Shown piece by piece: positions 32,729 to 47,635 of a stretch of 64,000 nt of DNA. The notes under the pieces were generated by a model. The model ran no database searches, had not been told where the DNA came from, and was given only the letters and a program-made list of their open reading frames with translations. The stretch is from Phoronis australis (taxonomy: Eukaryota; Animalia; Phoronida), in the NCBI GenBank assembly GCA_002633005.1, contig NMRA01000536.1, forward strand, positions 199,826 through 263,825, given 5' to 3'. Numbering within the stretch: the first letter of the stretch is position 1; every line of letters starts with the position of its first letter. A program made the translations under genes and the position numbers.

Positions 32729-35700
32729 GTAAAACTGTAAGGTTTTCTCTACTTCCCTGAACTTAGTGTTACGTAATATACCATAATAGCATATTTGCAG
32801 AGACCCAAGCCCAGCCCATGACCCTCATACTGCTGTGGTCCAGATGTGACTCCGTTGCTCTGAAATTGCTGTGCTTGCGAATAGCAGCTTTTAGTCATGT
32901 TTTATTCAATGACTTACTTGAATTAGAAAAGGCTATTGACTATTTATGTCTGGCAGAGATTTATGTAGTATATAAATCCGATATATAAGTTTATTTTATA
33001 AGTGCACCCCTCATCGACCTCTGTCTCCTCCCCATCTCCTGCTCTCATCTCCGCTTTACCCTCATGTGAATAGATTGGGTACAAAAAGCTGTTCATCTAC
33101 ACGAAAGTATTCCTGTGTTAAACACCTCTCTCTTGTGAACAGAATGCCAGTTTTGCTGCACTACCTGGACATAGTTTTACTTGCTGGATAGTGTGAATTT
33201 CAAAGAACTAGCTGGTTGTCTGAATCAGCAACTGATGTGCCCTTGAACAGCACAGCAAAACTGATCCCAGCTGTCAGGGCTCCTTCTGTTGGGTTCTGAT
33301 TAACCTAGCCTACAATGGCTTCTCAGTTGGCTTTTTAGGTTTGCTGGAGATAAGACAATCAACACCCTGTTGGATGCTGGCTGGAAGCTGTGTTTGACTT
33401 GCTCAAGGGAGGGTTCCCCAGACCATACAAAGTGGTCCAAATTGTATATGAATTGATCGGAAATGTGTAGATGAGACTTTTTCTAACCAAGGGTATAGAG
33501 GCACTTGTACATTTTAAAAACAGTTTGTAAAAGCGTTTTGGATAAATCATAGTATGTGAAGGTTTCATATGAATAGGATCAGCCATTTCAGATACTGCGG
33601 CTATTCACATATTTCACTCAAAAATAATTCCAAAATTGTCATTTTTAAAAGGCTGGTTATGTACATTTTCCCTAATAACTGGATTTCTGACAAAATTGAA
33701 CTTCACGTGTCAGTCGTGTTGTGTGCTAAAAATGAAGAATTATTTATTCATCATTCTCCAAAACGATGTAAGTAATTATATTTAAAATGTTCACTTTTGC
33801 ATGATGGATTATCAGAAAGAGGAATTTGTATTCACGCAAAAACTTCATGTTGCATCGAACAAAATGATAATTTAGAAAACTTTACCAATATAGTTTTTAC
33901 GATTTCACCCTGAACATTTTATATCAATCAACTGAAATTTGATCGTGTTATTGGTCTTCCTATGGATGTGCCATTCTTTTTTGCTAAATTTTATCAAAAA
34001 GACTTCTCGTGACCAAATTAGTGGCATATTGGTATTTAGTCAAAAATCAAGTTCTACAGGTTTTCTACTTTGAGAAATTACATTTTCTGAGTTAAAATCT
34101 AAATTTTTGTAGTTATTTGATTACATTCACTTATTTGTACTTGGTAAGATCCTGCATTGCCTAAATAACGTAGTCTGACTAGAAATATCACTAGAGGGGG
34201 TGATTCTATTTGAAAGAAGCTCAAGAAAAGGGAGTCACAGTGACCTCCCAGTTGTTGCTTTGTGATGTCTAGAAATGCAGGTTGTAATAAACAGGACACG
34301 CACCAGCAACTGTCTATGCTGCTGGCCCACCTGCACTCTCTTCTTGTGTGACAGGTAGGCTTTCAAGTTGGGACTAATGTCAATTTAAAACAAATTAGCA
34401 TATCTTGGTAAGGAAATATCAACTGGCACAACTGTTGGTCCTTTGTGCTTTTATGAGCTTTTCTGGCCAGAAATGCACTAAATGAGGCGCAGAAAGTGTG
34501 TCTTGAGAAGGAAATCTGTGCACTTAATGCAACTTGGTACTGCACTGAGGATGGGGCAAGGCTTGTTGGCACTTTCTTATATCATCGATGGCTATGGCTT
34601 CTCAAGGAGACTCAAAAAAATTCAGAACAAAGTAAGGCAGAGGAGAGAGTCGGGCATTATCTTATGTAACCACCGTTGGCTTTATGNTAAAAGCCATGTA
34701 GGGTAAGAAGAGGTTCAATGGCATTGTGTTTTGCAACTGATGGCGTGAAGAGGGTATTGCGTTGTATTTTTGATGAAGAGTGTGGGGGCAGGGGTTCATC
34801 CAGGATTTCAAAGTTAGAGTGTCCAAAATGATTTTTCCAGTTTCATAGGTACTCTATTACAAATGACATCTGACTGTTTTATTGATCCCAATTCAAGCTT
34901 TTGCTACAATGTGTCATGTTGCTGTGGCCCTATGGGTCTACAATAAGGTTTATTATTTCTTAGATGTGTTTTAACCAACTTTTTATTCTGGCTCATTACA
35001 GGTTACTTTATGGATCTTCATTAAATTTGGCACGTGTTTCTATTGAGGATTTTGGGACATATCCAACTACTGCATCCAACTACTGCACCGTCACCTAGTG
35101 GCGTTTTTTTGTTTGCCTTGATATTTTACAAGTTCCTTGATGGATGTTCATGAAACTTGACTAATAAGTCAGGATCATGTAGACGACTGCACCTGCCTTT
35201 TTTCAATTGGATTTGATCTCCGTTGTGCCCCCTAGTGGCCATTCTATTGTTTTTGTGCATTATGGCAGACAACTGAAATTTAATTTGTATTTTTTTCCTT
35301 AAGAATTGATGGCTTGACCATTTTTGTTTTTATTTTGTCAAAAAATTGTGGGCATTCATCTACCATGTTAGAGAGCTTTGAAAAACAAAAAAGATCAATC
35401 TTGTCCAAATTTTTGCTTGAAGCCTTTGAAATTTATGGTGTACAATTATGAATATTTCGGTGCATTGGAATTGTTGCATCTTCCAACCACTTTGCTGAAA
35501 GGACGAGTAGTTTTGGAATTTAGCATACTGTCTTTGATTCCTCTTAATGTTGTTCTTAGAACGATACTCTAAAAGGCACTGTCTCATTCGCTGCCTGAAA
35601 AGGAAATTGAAAAATTATTAGCCAATTTATGTTCTGTAGGAGCTCATCCTCAATTTGCCAATTATCCACAAGCTGTGTATTATAACTCTGTAAAAGCATA

Positions 35701-38700
35701 CCAGATGAGGTTTGATTTTTGACTTCATACCAATTACCGGTAGTCATTAATTGGGTCATCTGATCATGTGTTATTGTAGTAGTAAAATTTAGCCAAACAG
35801 AATTGTAGATTTATAGAAAACATCGGTAGGAATAATATGATGAACTTGGTTATATGAAGGTTCAAGATGACATAGGTTGTTAATTTTTATAAATCGTCGT
35901 TTCATTTTCATTTGACGAAAATTTTGATTTTCTCATGAAAGTTCATAAAAGCCCTGTTTTGTGTTAGTGCCTCAGGGAAAAATGTAACATTTTGAAAACA
36001 ATTCGTGACACCGTTTTGGAGAACAGCTCAAAAAGCGTGGTGTATGAAAGTTAGATCCGTATCTGGTCAGTCATATTTCTGAGATGTGATATTCCAAAGT
36101 TGGTCATTTTCCTAGGGTACTAAACGTTAACAGATTGTGTTAAAAAAATTCTGGCCATGATATTAAGTCAGCTGGTTTAGAGTTACTATCAAAATGAATT
36201 GACTGGCTGTCTGGGTTTGTTTTTATGAAGTGTCTAGTCAATCCTTGTCAGAATGGCTGGAAAATGGAAATCATTTTTTTCCTGGTGGCAAGGTTGGATT
36301 TGTTTATTTTTTAGTTCCCTGAGGGTCAATTTGAATTTTAAGTGGTGAGTAAGGAGAAGACAGGGAATTAATTCTAATTTTTTCCTGTGACATTTAGTGG
36401 CATAGGGAGTGAAGCATGGTAATCCAATTAACAATAGCTTGACTGGTGCTCTGTGTTATCATTAACAAAATATTTTTATATTGGTGAGATAAACTCTGTG
36501 GTTCCTATTCATAACACACTTTCATTTACTGATTGTTTGTGAGTCCCAAACAGTATTACAGTCTGCAAGTTAAGCTCCATAAACATTATAACTCTGGGCT
36601 GTCTTTGAATCAACATTAAGCCAGGTGTAAAATTGCCTTTTTAATTCCCATGGATAAATTATTTCCCCTTTGTTGAATGCTCCCCACACCATAGTCATGT
36701 CTGCAAAGGAATTCATTTGGCCCTGTGTTTAAGATTTTCCGCCAGACTCTGTCTCACTCAAAGAATCATCACTGAAAGCAAACAAACCCCTGAATACTGG
36801 TTTAGAGCTGTAACAAGATGCCTATAAAGATGTATAGAGTGTAGGTTGTTTTGTGTATGGCAGCCTGTTCACCAATATTGTTGCTGTTAAACAAAGGTAA
36901 CTCTAACTTAGTAGGTGCTTCTACAGATCCACATATGACTGGCTCAGCTCATAGGCTTGCCAGATGAATCACTAAGACGCAACAGGGCTTATGATGGGAC
37001 AGAAGTCTATAGGAAAAGTCTGTTAGTCCAACTTTCCAAAGGTTAGTTTTGTAGAATTAGTGAGAGGAGTGTGTGCTGTTGAGGTCAGCTCAAATCTGTT
37101 CATGGTATTTGTTAGTATAAACAGGGCTATGAGTTGGTGGATATTGTTGGTATTTACTGTCCATTTTACACTAGTTGTATTTGCCAAGCCCAAGAAAAGT
37201 TAGGCCTACTGCATGGTATTGGTGTTTGCTGGTCCTAATCTAAAATCCTTCTGTTGGTAGGGTCTGTTATTTATTGTACTGCCTTGAGCTAAGTACTTGG
37301 TGATGGTTTGCCTGAACAATAGGTGAAAGGGGATGTACTGGAGATTTATGGGGTTTTAACACAGGGCTGATGGGGTTTCTATGAGTCTGTTCAGATAAGA
37401 AGTGGAAGGAATAGATAACAATTTTGTAGACTTATTACACTGTCCAATGGGTACCTTGGAACTGCATTTGCCAGCTTCAGACCGAGTCCTTTGGGTGGCC
37501 TACAGGAAAATTTTTCATTTGGTCAATTCTTTCCAATGCTGGGTAATTTCCTGGTCAGAACTTGGGATGGTCTTGACAGGCTTCAAGGCGACAAAGCATG
37601 CGCGCACCCACGTGGTGCTCCTCAACTTGGCGAAGTAGACAAAAAGGTCCACCTTAAAGAAACGAAAACTCTGAAATAAAGTAGAAAATGTGACAGAAGT
37701 CCACTAAAAAGCAGGAACTATCAAAAGTCGCCGAATGCACAATTCATTGCTCTGAACGCACCCTGTGAATCTTAGTAAAGGTCCACATTCTCAAAAATTC
37801 GAACCCAGAAGTTTTATGGCTGGGTGCACACATGCAGAGGGACACTTGACCATCATATAGACGAAAGTTCAAATATTGTTCAAGGAGCATTTTGCCCTGT
37901 TCAGTTGGCAAAAACTAAAAAAAAAATTAATTATACTGGCTTTTACTCGCATAAAATCAGTCTCGATTTCTTACAGCGATAGGATTGTATTTCAATTACC
38001 GAGATGTTCATTATCAAAGTTGTTGGTTGTATCCTATCACCGTAAGGAATATTGCGAGACTGATTCTATTAAGGTGAAAGGCTAATTCAGGGTTAAACAG
38101 AACGAAATGCAGTTTTAGTATTGCAGTTATAGCTTGTCAGTTTGCACTGTGTCAAAGGTGTTGTATTGACTACACATACGGTATTTATTATATGATTTGA
38201 TTTTGGTACAAACTTACCCATGTCCACTTTTCAGGGTTGACAACCTGCCTCTGTCTCAGTGTGCGGTGTGCTTGAGAGCTCTTAGTGGAACTGTTCTCAT
38301 TCCCACAGTCTTTTTTACATTTCTTATCATATCTTTCTATATTTCTGTTCTAAGTTTAGTTCTTTTCTCAGTAACCAGTTCTTATGAATGGTGTCTTTTC
38401 TTCCCCAGAGCAATTGCAATTTGCCATGCGGCAGTTGTTTATCAGATCTTAAAGAAAGAACAGCATTTTGTTTATGAGAAAGTGTATTGCAGCACATGAG
38501 AAAATATTCAATCGTGTTTCTTGGGAAAGTACACAGTTTTGAAATAAGTATTTCGGTTTGTACCAAAAATACCCTTGCAGAAGTTAGGGAGAAAGGTTGT
38601 TCATGCTGGGTTTTCAGCACTTCAGAGATTGTAATCAATAAAACACCACTTTCACTGAGATCCTATTACTGTACATAAACCAACAGTGTTATCTCACTCA

Positions 38701-38967
38701 TATGGAGCTGCAAACCCCTTAAATGGTAGTTCATTTCTTGCAGTTGGTCAACATGTCGCATGAGCTGGCATGTTCCATAGTGTTGTTGAGACAGGACCCT
38801 CGTTCACCTGGGGGAAAAGCTGTCTGTGCATTCTACGATGGGAGTTTTTGGGTGAAGGTAAATTTCTCCCCGCCTTCGTCTCCAGCAATAGCCATCTGTT
38901 ACCACTCTGTATGGCTCTGTCTCAAGTAGCCAGAATTAACCGACTGTGGAAGCTACATGTAATTTTA

Positions 38968-39115
38968 ACCCCGAGGGAAATTATTTAATCACCCGAGGGA
39001 AATTTTGGGCCTGATGAGGGAATTCTGCTTGATTTTTGTATGGTTTTCAGGTAATGGGGATGATATTTAGCCCCAAAATTGAGAGGTCAAGAGCCATGGG
39101 TGATTTTCTTACCGC
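38968..39115 (+). repeat. Interspersed repeat; second copy at ~55005-55110
   Basis: Shared ttttgggcct.atgaggggaatt ... gatat..agccccaaaat.g.gagg. Confidence 0.7.
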
Positions 39116-41261
39116 CTCTTGCTAGAACAGACTATCCCTATGACAATTCACTCGACTGACTTATCTCCCAATTATTCTACCTTGAATATTCTGATACATG
39201 ATTTACTGTTTATTAAAACTCTTCAACTAAGTTTTAATAGTGAAATGTTTTATCTGTTAAATTTTGTGCTTTGTATGAACACAGTTGTGCCTCGGATGGA
39301 CGTCTTCAAATCTTGCCTAATCACTTGTTTTTTTTTTGTTAAATTGTCATGCATTGCGAGCATACCGTAAATATTAACAGTGCACACTAGAACAACCCTA
39401 CCTATGGGCATGAACACACTGAGCAGAAAGTACTTGTTGTCACATCATGCCATATTCTTTTGGTCCAAGATGGTTATTATCCTCTTATGTAACTGAAAGC
39501 AGTGGAGACCAAACTTGCCTGGCAATATGCTTTGAAGTCTCAGTCAACAACAGTTGTTCTGGTCAATTATTCTTGACACAGTGGTGTTCTCACAATGTTG
39601 GCAATTAGGCCATTCATCTGATGACCCTGGAGTTCTTTTCAGACCAACTTATTTTATTTCCCATTAAGCCAAACTCCTGTCTATCACAACTCTTGTTAAT
39701 AGCTCCCTTCCCTTTCTCACTCCCTCTGGTCATGACATGGGAGTTTGTGGTAGTTCTTGGAATTAACCACTAGATAGCGCAGCCCATTCGATGTGTGTTG
39801 CATGTCATGACCTCTAGCTATTACTCCTGTCCCATTGCAGTAGAATTGCACAGTCGCGATTAAATCCAAATATTTTGAGAGGAGTTGCAATGGCTGGGAG
39901 TTACAGGTTTTGCCACTGACCGAAAACCCCTCAAAAGAGGGGAGTTGTGGCACTAGTGTGAAAACAATGTAATAGGGGGTGCAGGCGGAGTGTTGATGTA
40001 AGCTACAATGTTAACTGAACCTTTGGCTTGGCTTTGGCAGTTAAGGGACACATAGTTGTTGATGTTTCGGCTATGAACTTATGGCAAGATGGCTTTGTGA
40101 AAACATTATGGATACAGATTTTTTAGTTCGTAGAATTGTATTAATGATCAGATAATAAATGAAATGAAGTACTTATTGGGGTATAGTGGTGAACATTTTG
40201 GGTTAAATATTATCAAACAATACTAAACACATGCCGCATTGACAACTACACCTGTTGACAACCTTTCATACTATAGGGAAGCATTGATACCCGGCCGTTA
40301 AAATCCACCTATTTATGAACTTAACTTCAGTCCAAAACCAAAAGCATCAATGGCACACTAAGCAAATAAAGTCATTTTCCCATTAGAGGCGAAACTTCTC
40401 TTTTGCTGAAATTTTGGTACGTGGGAAAGGTTAACTCTGGTAGTTAACCTGCAAGGGAAACTTTGCTCAAAATAGGATTTAAAAACAAAGCTTTGGTACT
40501 CACAGAAACTTCACATGGTGGATTTTGGGATTTGTCACGCGTCTCAAATTTCAGATGCTGCATTTTCGTCAACAGAGTATGAAAATAGCTTTGGCAGTTC
40601 ATAAAATAGCTGCCAGTTCACCACTCTCATGCATCTTCGTAGTGTGTTGCGTGGAGGTGCAGGATTGTGTGTCATTGATCGAAGTTTATGAATTTGGAAC
40701 GACCAATTTTTCCCTGTTTCTAAAATTTGGTACAAGTTCTAATCTTGTGTAAAGTAGTTAAATTTTCACTATCCCAAACTGATAATCAATCAAGAAAGTG
40801 TTTGGTGTGAAATGTGTTATCATGAGACTGGGGACACCAGTGAGTGTGTAGTGCCAGGAGGTGGTCATTACCGTTTTTGTGTATTGTTCCAAGTAGTCAG
40901 TGAAGGTCTTGACACACCTAGGTGATAGTGATTCTCAATATGTTTTTTAGCATAAATGAGAAAAATGAGTGGGAACGACTATATGCTTTCTGCTTTCTGC
41001 AATTTGGGAAACAACTCCTTCAGACAGCGTCACATTTGAGGCACGTTGTTGACCAACGTTGACAATTCCCCTCATCCCTAGTACTGTTAAGGTGATGTAG
41101 AACCTGATGGAGAAGTCTGTGTACATATTCAGACAAATGTCTACAAAATGATTGTATGTATCTCAATTGAAGTCTGTGTTGTTTAAAAGTAAAAAGCCAG
41201 AAGAATTTGATGTTCGACTTGATACCAATCTGCCCTAATTGGGTCACGTGACCATTTCAAT

Positions 41262-41681
41262 CAGGGCTTGGAATGACCAATGACAAAAAACTCGGAAACT
41301 TTTAAGGCCCAAATCATGCGCGCTTCCCAGCCTTGCAATGGTCGATGTGATTCGGGAGGACTAAAAAAAAAAGAAAACGTTACCACCATCAGTAGCATGC
41401 GGTTTACAATAACACGAGACGCCATTGAAAATCCCACCAGGCTATCCCAGATGCCCCGGCAATGTTGACAATTTACGTTCCTCCGAAACATAAAGAGCAA
41501 CTTCCGCTTTTCGAGGTGAGCGTCGTCTGCAACGCCGCGGTAAGAAACGGTAAGAAAGGAATTTGCCGCGGAAATTTTACATCAAATCCGATTTTTTTTA
41601 CGCGGAAATATAATAAAATGCGCGGAAATAACATTTGAGAAAAGCGGAAATCCGCGTTTCCACAGAAAATTCCAAGCCCTG
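41262..41681. mobile_element. 420-bp hAT-like MITE
   Basis: Perfect TIR CAGGGCTTGGAAT / ATTCCAAGCCCTG; subterminal GCGGAAA repeats; TSD not exact. Confidence 0.8.
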
Positions 41682-42609
41682 TAATATTTAGAAAAATCCT
41701 GACAAACAATTTCTGGAGTACGATAGGGGTTTTCTTCTCTTCTATTTTTTTCAAATGACCCGATCAGACAATGAATTCGCCTTGTGATCATGTCAATGCA
41801 ATACAAAACCTTTCCAGTTCATTTTGTAAACACTTATTTTTATGTTTCTCTGAGACCCAGTCTGTCTATGTGATGACAAACGGCTCCCATCAGTCTAAGT
41901 TGGTACATTTATTGGTCTGTGTCTCAGATCAAGAGGCTTGACAACAATATTTAGTCTATTTGTTTAGATCTGACATATTCCAAACAATGGGTGGATTGTC
42001 TTGGTATGCAAGATTGGATCAAGTTACTACAGAATTCCAGTAAATGTCATGTCTGAATTTGGCCTAATCTTTTGTGCAGAGGAAAAGCCACATGGACATC
42101 ACTGTAGACCTGACAATGTTTGGTGCAGTAGTTTGTCCGACTGTGAAATAGTGGTGGGAGGGTTAAGGTTATGAAGCAACTGTGTAGTGTTTCTGGTCCC
42201 TCCATCCCGAGGGGGTACTCAGGAGGGGTACACAAGTCAGGATATTCAGTCGGTTTTTGTTTTCTGTTCTGGTTTATTCCTTGCCAATGGATTCAATGTA
42301 TTTGAAATTTCAAAGAAGAGTTCATTTTTCGAAATTAGCTACACAGAGGGTTTCATATTTTACTTAAGTTTGCGGTTTTAAAAGATTCTAATTCCAAATT
42401 ACTGTTTCCTCAGTAGTAGTTCAATAAAAAGCATTTTATATGTTTTTAATCCTCTGAAATGGTGACTTTTGATATAAACTTCTAGCAAATGTTCCCATAT
42501 TAATTGAGCTTCCTTTGAAGACATTGCTGATTTTCCAAAAGGGTGGGAGTCCTGATTTCACAGTGGCACACGATGTCTGAAATACAGCTGAGAACCTGTT
42601 GTTGAGTAA

Positions 42610-43576
42610 TACCCCCATCACACCGGAGATGTGGTGCCACTGCGGTGCTTGTACGTCACAGACCGCAGTCGCACCGCCATGATCGCGTTGGTTCCGCAGC
42701 GGTTCCGCCATTGATCGTCATAGCCCCGTGGAAAACTGTCAAAACCGTGGACCTTCATGGTGGCATGGCGGAAACTTTGATCATGTTCAAATCTTCCGCA
42801 GTGCCACCATGGGCTGGGCTAATCTGCAGTGGGATCGCCGCGACACCTTCGTGACTGCTGTAGCACCGGGCAAGCAGGTCTTTATTCAGGATTTTGAAAA
42901 TAGGGTGTCCAAAATGGGGTTCCCAATATTCCAGGGCGTCCATGATTCCGACGCGTAACCCCCCACCCCCCAGCAATACCCCCAAACACAGAGATTTTTT
43001 ACAAAAAATGCATAAGTCAAGGTTTTTACATTTAAGTTTATAAAACAGCCATCTCTGGCGAGCATTTTTACTAAAAAAAATGTGTAGAGAAGACTTACAA
43101 TGCTGTCAATCAAGTGTCAAAATTGCAACAATGCATATACTTTGTATATGCATTGTATATTTCTTCCTGCTTTGAAAAAAGAGCCCCCACTGTGAGCCTT
43201 CAGAGGCTTCCTAGTATTCATTACAATATGTGAGTCCAAACTTGAAAGGTTCCTATTGACAGTGGGCGTCCAAATGATACATTGGGCATCCTTGCCAGGG
43301 CATCCAGATTAGTGCTAGAGTATCCATTTGGATGCCTAGGACGCCCAGGACGTATGCTGCATAAAGTCCTGCGGGCAAGGACTGCAGTAGCACCTCCATC
43401 ACCGCCCTTCTTCCGCAGTACAACTGTCGTGCAGTTGCTGAAAACGTAGACTGGCGATCTTCCCGTGGCGCGAAGAAAAACACATGTGACGGGTAGGGGA
43501 AAACTCTGGAACCCTGCGGTGATGGCGGTTTTGACCAAAAATCGTAGTGGCATGGTGCTTCTGGTGTGACGGGGTA
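42610..43576. mobile_element. PIF/Harbinger-type MITE with TAA TSD, containing a nested insertion
   Basis: tacccccatcacaccgg ... ctggtgtgacggggta; TAA at 42607-42609 and 43577-43579. Confidence 0.75.
42875..43371. mobile_element. hAT-type MITE nested in the Harbinger-type MITE
   Basis: TIR caggtctttattcag / ctgcataaagtcctg (13/15); exact 8-bp TSD CGGGCAAG at 42867-42874 and 43372-43379. Confidence 0.9.
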
Positions 43577-44289
43577 TAAAATGAAAGCAGAAAATTTTTC
43601 ATGTGTGCCTATGTTCACCATTCGTCATCCTATAGCAATTCAAAACTGCATTGTTAGGCCAAAAACTATATTTGGTTCTGGTCTGTACCCCGACCAATTA
43701 TGAGACCCGCGATCAGTTACTAAACTAGGTGTCCCTGCATCAATGTCAGCCAAGGTCTTGTGATTGTTTGTTTTTGAAAAGCTGCACAAAATTTTGTAAG
43801 AAAGGTTTGAAATGCTCTGATTTGCCATCTTAAGAGTAAAAATATCCCGTGTGATTTTTGTACATTTCAGATGGAGTTTCTTTTTTGAAAAAGTGATCAG
43901 CTAAAAGATACCACACCACCGATTTTGAAAAAAAAACAGAACCATCTATACCATCTTTTGTCCTCCCGAAAAACCTCATTTGAAAACAATGCTTGGAACA
44001 ATTAAAACTTCATCCCTGAAATGAAAAAAATAGTGAAACGGAATACAACCTATTATGTTTATTAGCTGCCAGCTCCTTTGAATAAGCACATGGCATGATG
44101 AGAGTTCCTTAACAACACTGACAGCCACTCCACAATGGCTGCTTATGTAACATTGTGTCAGATTGTGAATTCAGTGGCACATTTTAACAACTGACCAATA
44201 GGGGCATCCTGGGTTACACAGGGTAGAACTCTCCTTTGTCCTATGGATGAGAAAGCGCGTGACCTAGTTTTGGAAATCAGGCACATTTT

Positions 44290-45700
44290 CGTGTCTCTCA
44301 TTGATGTTGGGAAGGCGAAGAATTTCAGACCATGTATCCACGGGTATTTTTCCGGTTTATCAAACTTTTTCACGTTGTTGTTGCCACCCACAGCAAGTCA
44401 GCAGTGATACTTCGCTGGTATTGGAAGGACGAGTTGAGTAATTCAACTGAGAAGAACTTGTTAAGAATCAGACAACATCAAATAACGTGAAACTCCAGTG
44501 GCATGAAAACGAGGCAGCAGTGAGACTGCAGTGTTGCTGGGTAATCCGGGACGGCCCTATTACTTGGATGGAAGGTGTCCGAGATGGCAACATTTCTAAA
44601 AGAAGAGTTTATTCAGCCATCAGTTACAACGAATACGACCAGTATTGATGATGTCATTAACATTCTAATATATGGATACCACTCACATGTTTCTATGTGT
44701 TTGCTATATATCGAGATTACCATATGCATATGTAATTCAACAAGGGTGTTTGATGCGGGAAAGTAGCTTCTTCTTCAGATCATTCAATAACGGGTATATC
44801 GTGGACATACAGGATTTGACACTAATATATTTTGGAAACAAAAGAAGCTCTTAATGTTTTTACGGCGATTACATAGTTAAGTCTGGACTCAATTTGGAGA
44901 CGTCAGGTTTTGCTTGGCGACTTGTAAAAATGCCAAGTTCTTGAGAAGTTACATTGGTCATATCCCAGCACGCACTTAAAATACTTCGGGAAGTAAACCG
45001 ACAGGAGTCGGAATGGTTCAGCAAAATCCTAAGGGCTCCTCCTGTTCTCCACGAATCGTGCCCAGATAACACGTGATGATTGTCTGCTTTATCGTTAGGT
45101 CATTATTTGTGTCCCAACAAAAGCTGATTTTCATTTTAATCTATCCCACCATTATTCTGCAGGTCGCCAGATTTCAAGAGCGTGATGACATGAACTTCAA
45201 CTTGGAACTGTTTTTTAAATTATAAATTGTTTTAGTTGTGCTACATTTCTAATTTGGGCAAGTCCAAGACCCCAGCAATTAGCGTGCTGTAACCAAGGTT
45301 TCTAAAGTAGTTGTTGGTGTATTTGGAAGACATAACCATTTGTTACCAGCAGCCGCCAACTTCATTTGCTTGGTTACCGACTTTCCAACTACGTCAATGG
45401 GGACAAGAATAAACCAGCTTTGGGACATGTATTAACAGAGAACATATTCAAGGAAACCGCATCAGCAATTTGCAGGGATTTATTGCCATAGCTGAGTGTT
45501 CATAAACCTGAGTGTGTGTGTGTCCATGGCATTTGCACAGGAGTAGATGGTTATGAGCCATGCTCAACTTGCCCACCATTAGCTTTGGTATGTTCACGCC
45601 AAGGGGTAGCTACCGTAAAGTGTTGGAATTTTGTCACACGCGCATTTGTGAAATAAGATTCAGCGTAAAAAGCTTTGAGTCAGTTCCACATCAAGTTTCA
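44290..45700. mobile_element. Decayed two-ORF DNA transposon relic (THAP N-terminus on -, YqaJ-like remnants on +)
   Basis: Minus strand ~44421-44290: PAKYHC*LAVGGNNNVKKFDKPEKYPWIHGLKFFAFP (THAP-like C..V.G.NN...L.FF.FP). Plus strand ~45540-45630: GVDGYEPCSTC...GVATVKC, weakly like the YqaJ DG..C.C...G..E.KC motif. Stops and frameshifts throughout. Confidence 0.45.
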
Positions 45701-47635
45701 GCTACAAGTTCGGTAATTGGTCATGTAATTACCACACAATATGGCTGACAAGTGAAATTCTGTTTTGTTACATTTTACCACAAAAGTAAAAATTTAGATC
45801 ATTCATTTCATCCTATTTTAAGCTTTTATGCATGGGTTGTTTGTAGATATCATAAAATAACATTTGCTAAAATTTCCATTGTTTGCAGAGAGTTAATCTG
45901 CCTTTGATATATTGAAAAATAACAATTGTGGCAATTGTATTTGTTTGAATCAGGTTGAGAATTACTGTACATTGTGCACCACAACAAATAACTCAAACTG
46001 GATGGAATTGTGCAGTCCAGGAGTATGTTTGAATGTCCCGTGTCCATACAGCGGAGGATTTGTGTGCACAGCCAAAAAATTGGTACATTGAATTTGTGCT
46101 AGATGTCAACGTTTGCTTTTTTGCTTAAATAGAGACTAATCGGCTGCTGAGTTCAAACTCCCTGCATTATTTTTTGAAACTTAACTGGTGTAAACCAAAC
46201 TTGTCACACCATTGTCCAAATTCGTTTCAGTGAGAAGTCATAATATCTTGTGGGTAGAATTGGACTGTTAATCAAAATTCAATGACCTTAATCTGCGCAA
46301 GCATGCTGAACGTCAACGATACCACAAAAAGTTTGTAATTGTCAATTTCTTCTCAGATTTCACGATTGAACTTGCTTCTCAGTTGCAGCGATGACAAATT
46401 TTCCCTCGTAAGTTAACTATTTCTTGATTATAATGCTGATTTTTGACCGACTGTATTTTGAACTTCTCTTAAAACCTCTCCCGATAACTCTACATGCTAT
46501 GGCTGAAATCCTAGATGGCTGACGGGCATTCTGTTTTTTATGGTTGCATTCATCCTTCGTATTCATGCTTCGTCTACCAGTTGATGGAATGTTTTATTAA
46601 CTTGGGAGTTCTTTGGGTTCTAGTGTAATGTGTTTTCCTTCTTCTACAGTCAGGTAATTTATCTGAGGCCAGCCGTCAAATACATTCCTACCTTGCAGTG
46701 TTTTTTGCTTGAATTCTTTAATACATGGAATTGATATATAGCGTGTCTGCACTGCGTGTTTCTTGTACTGCGTTTGAGCATTGACTGTAGCATTGTAGGT
46801 TTTGAAAGTTTGGGATTACCCACTGTAGTTTTCTAGTGAACAGTTCAGTGGTATGTGTTTAGGTTTGGATTCTGAGGTATCCCACTAAGCTGTAAACAGT
46901 TACTGGTTACTTTGGTATAATTTATGAATGCACCATGGTGATTTGTTTCGGTAAATGCAATAGGGATACTGGGTATGAAGTGAATAAAGTGTCAGACTGT
47001 TCCCACAGACTAACTCACAGTTGTGAATATTTAATGAAGCCATTTTTGGCATTCTCTACAGGTATAAATTTATGCAGCCTTTAAACTGAAGCTCTCTTCT
47101 AGTGGAAGACTTCCTTCCCCAAACTTTGCTGTTGGCTTAGGGTTGATGCAGATCTTATCAAATACTCTACTTTTGGAATTACTTGGTTTTGCTCATTACT
47201 TAGCAGAAAATTTGCATGCAGTACCATCATGGAGTTTCCATTTTTCCTATTGATCTTCATTTATTATCAAATTTGAATGGAATTTAAAATTCCTTTCCAC
47301 TGCAAAGATGCACAGATACATTGCTTTGAAGGGACATTGATGATTTTACAGTTGCAAATGCATTTTTGGATTATTGTTCGACTGGATAGACTTCTTGAAG
47401 TTATTAGCTTTGACCAGAGTTATAAAGCATCAAAATCCATTGTTTCGTGTTTTTATTACAAATTTCCTGTTCTCGCTGTTGTCTATCAGGTATTTGCTGA
47501 AACCAAGGGTGGTGACTTGACCCCTCTGCCATATTATTGTTGGACTAGGACTTAATGGAAAGTATAACCAAGGTCTTTTATCTTTTTCTACAGGATTGAC
47601 AATCATGTTGCCCTGAAGAATCAGATGCAGTTGCC

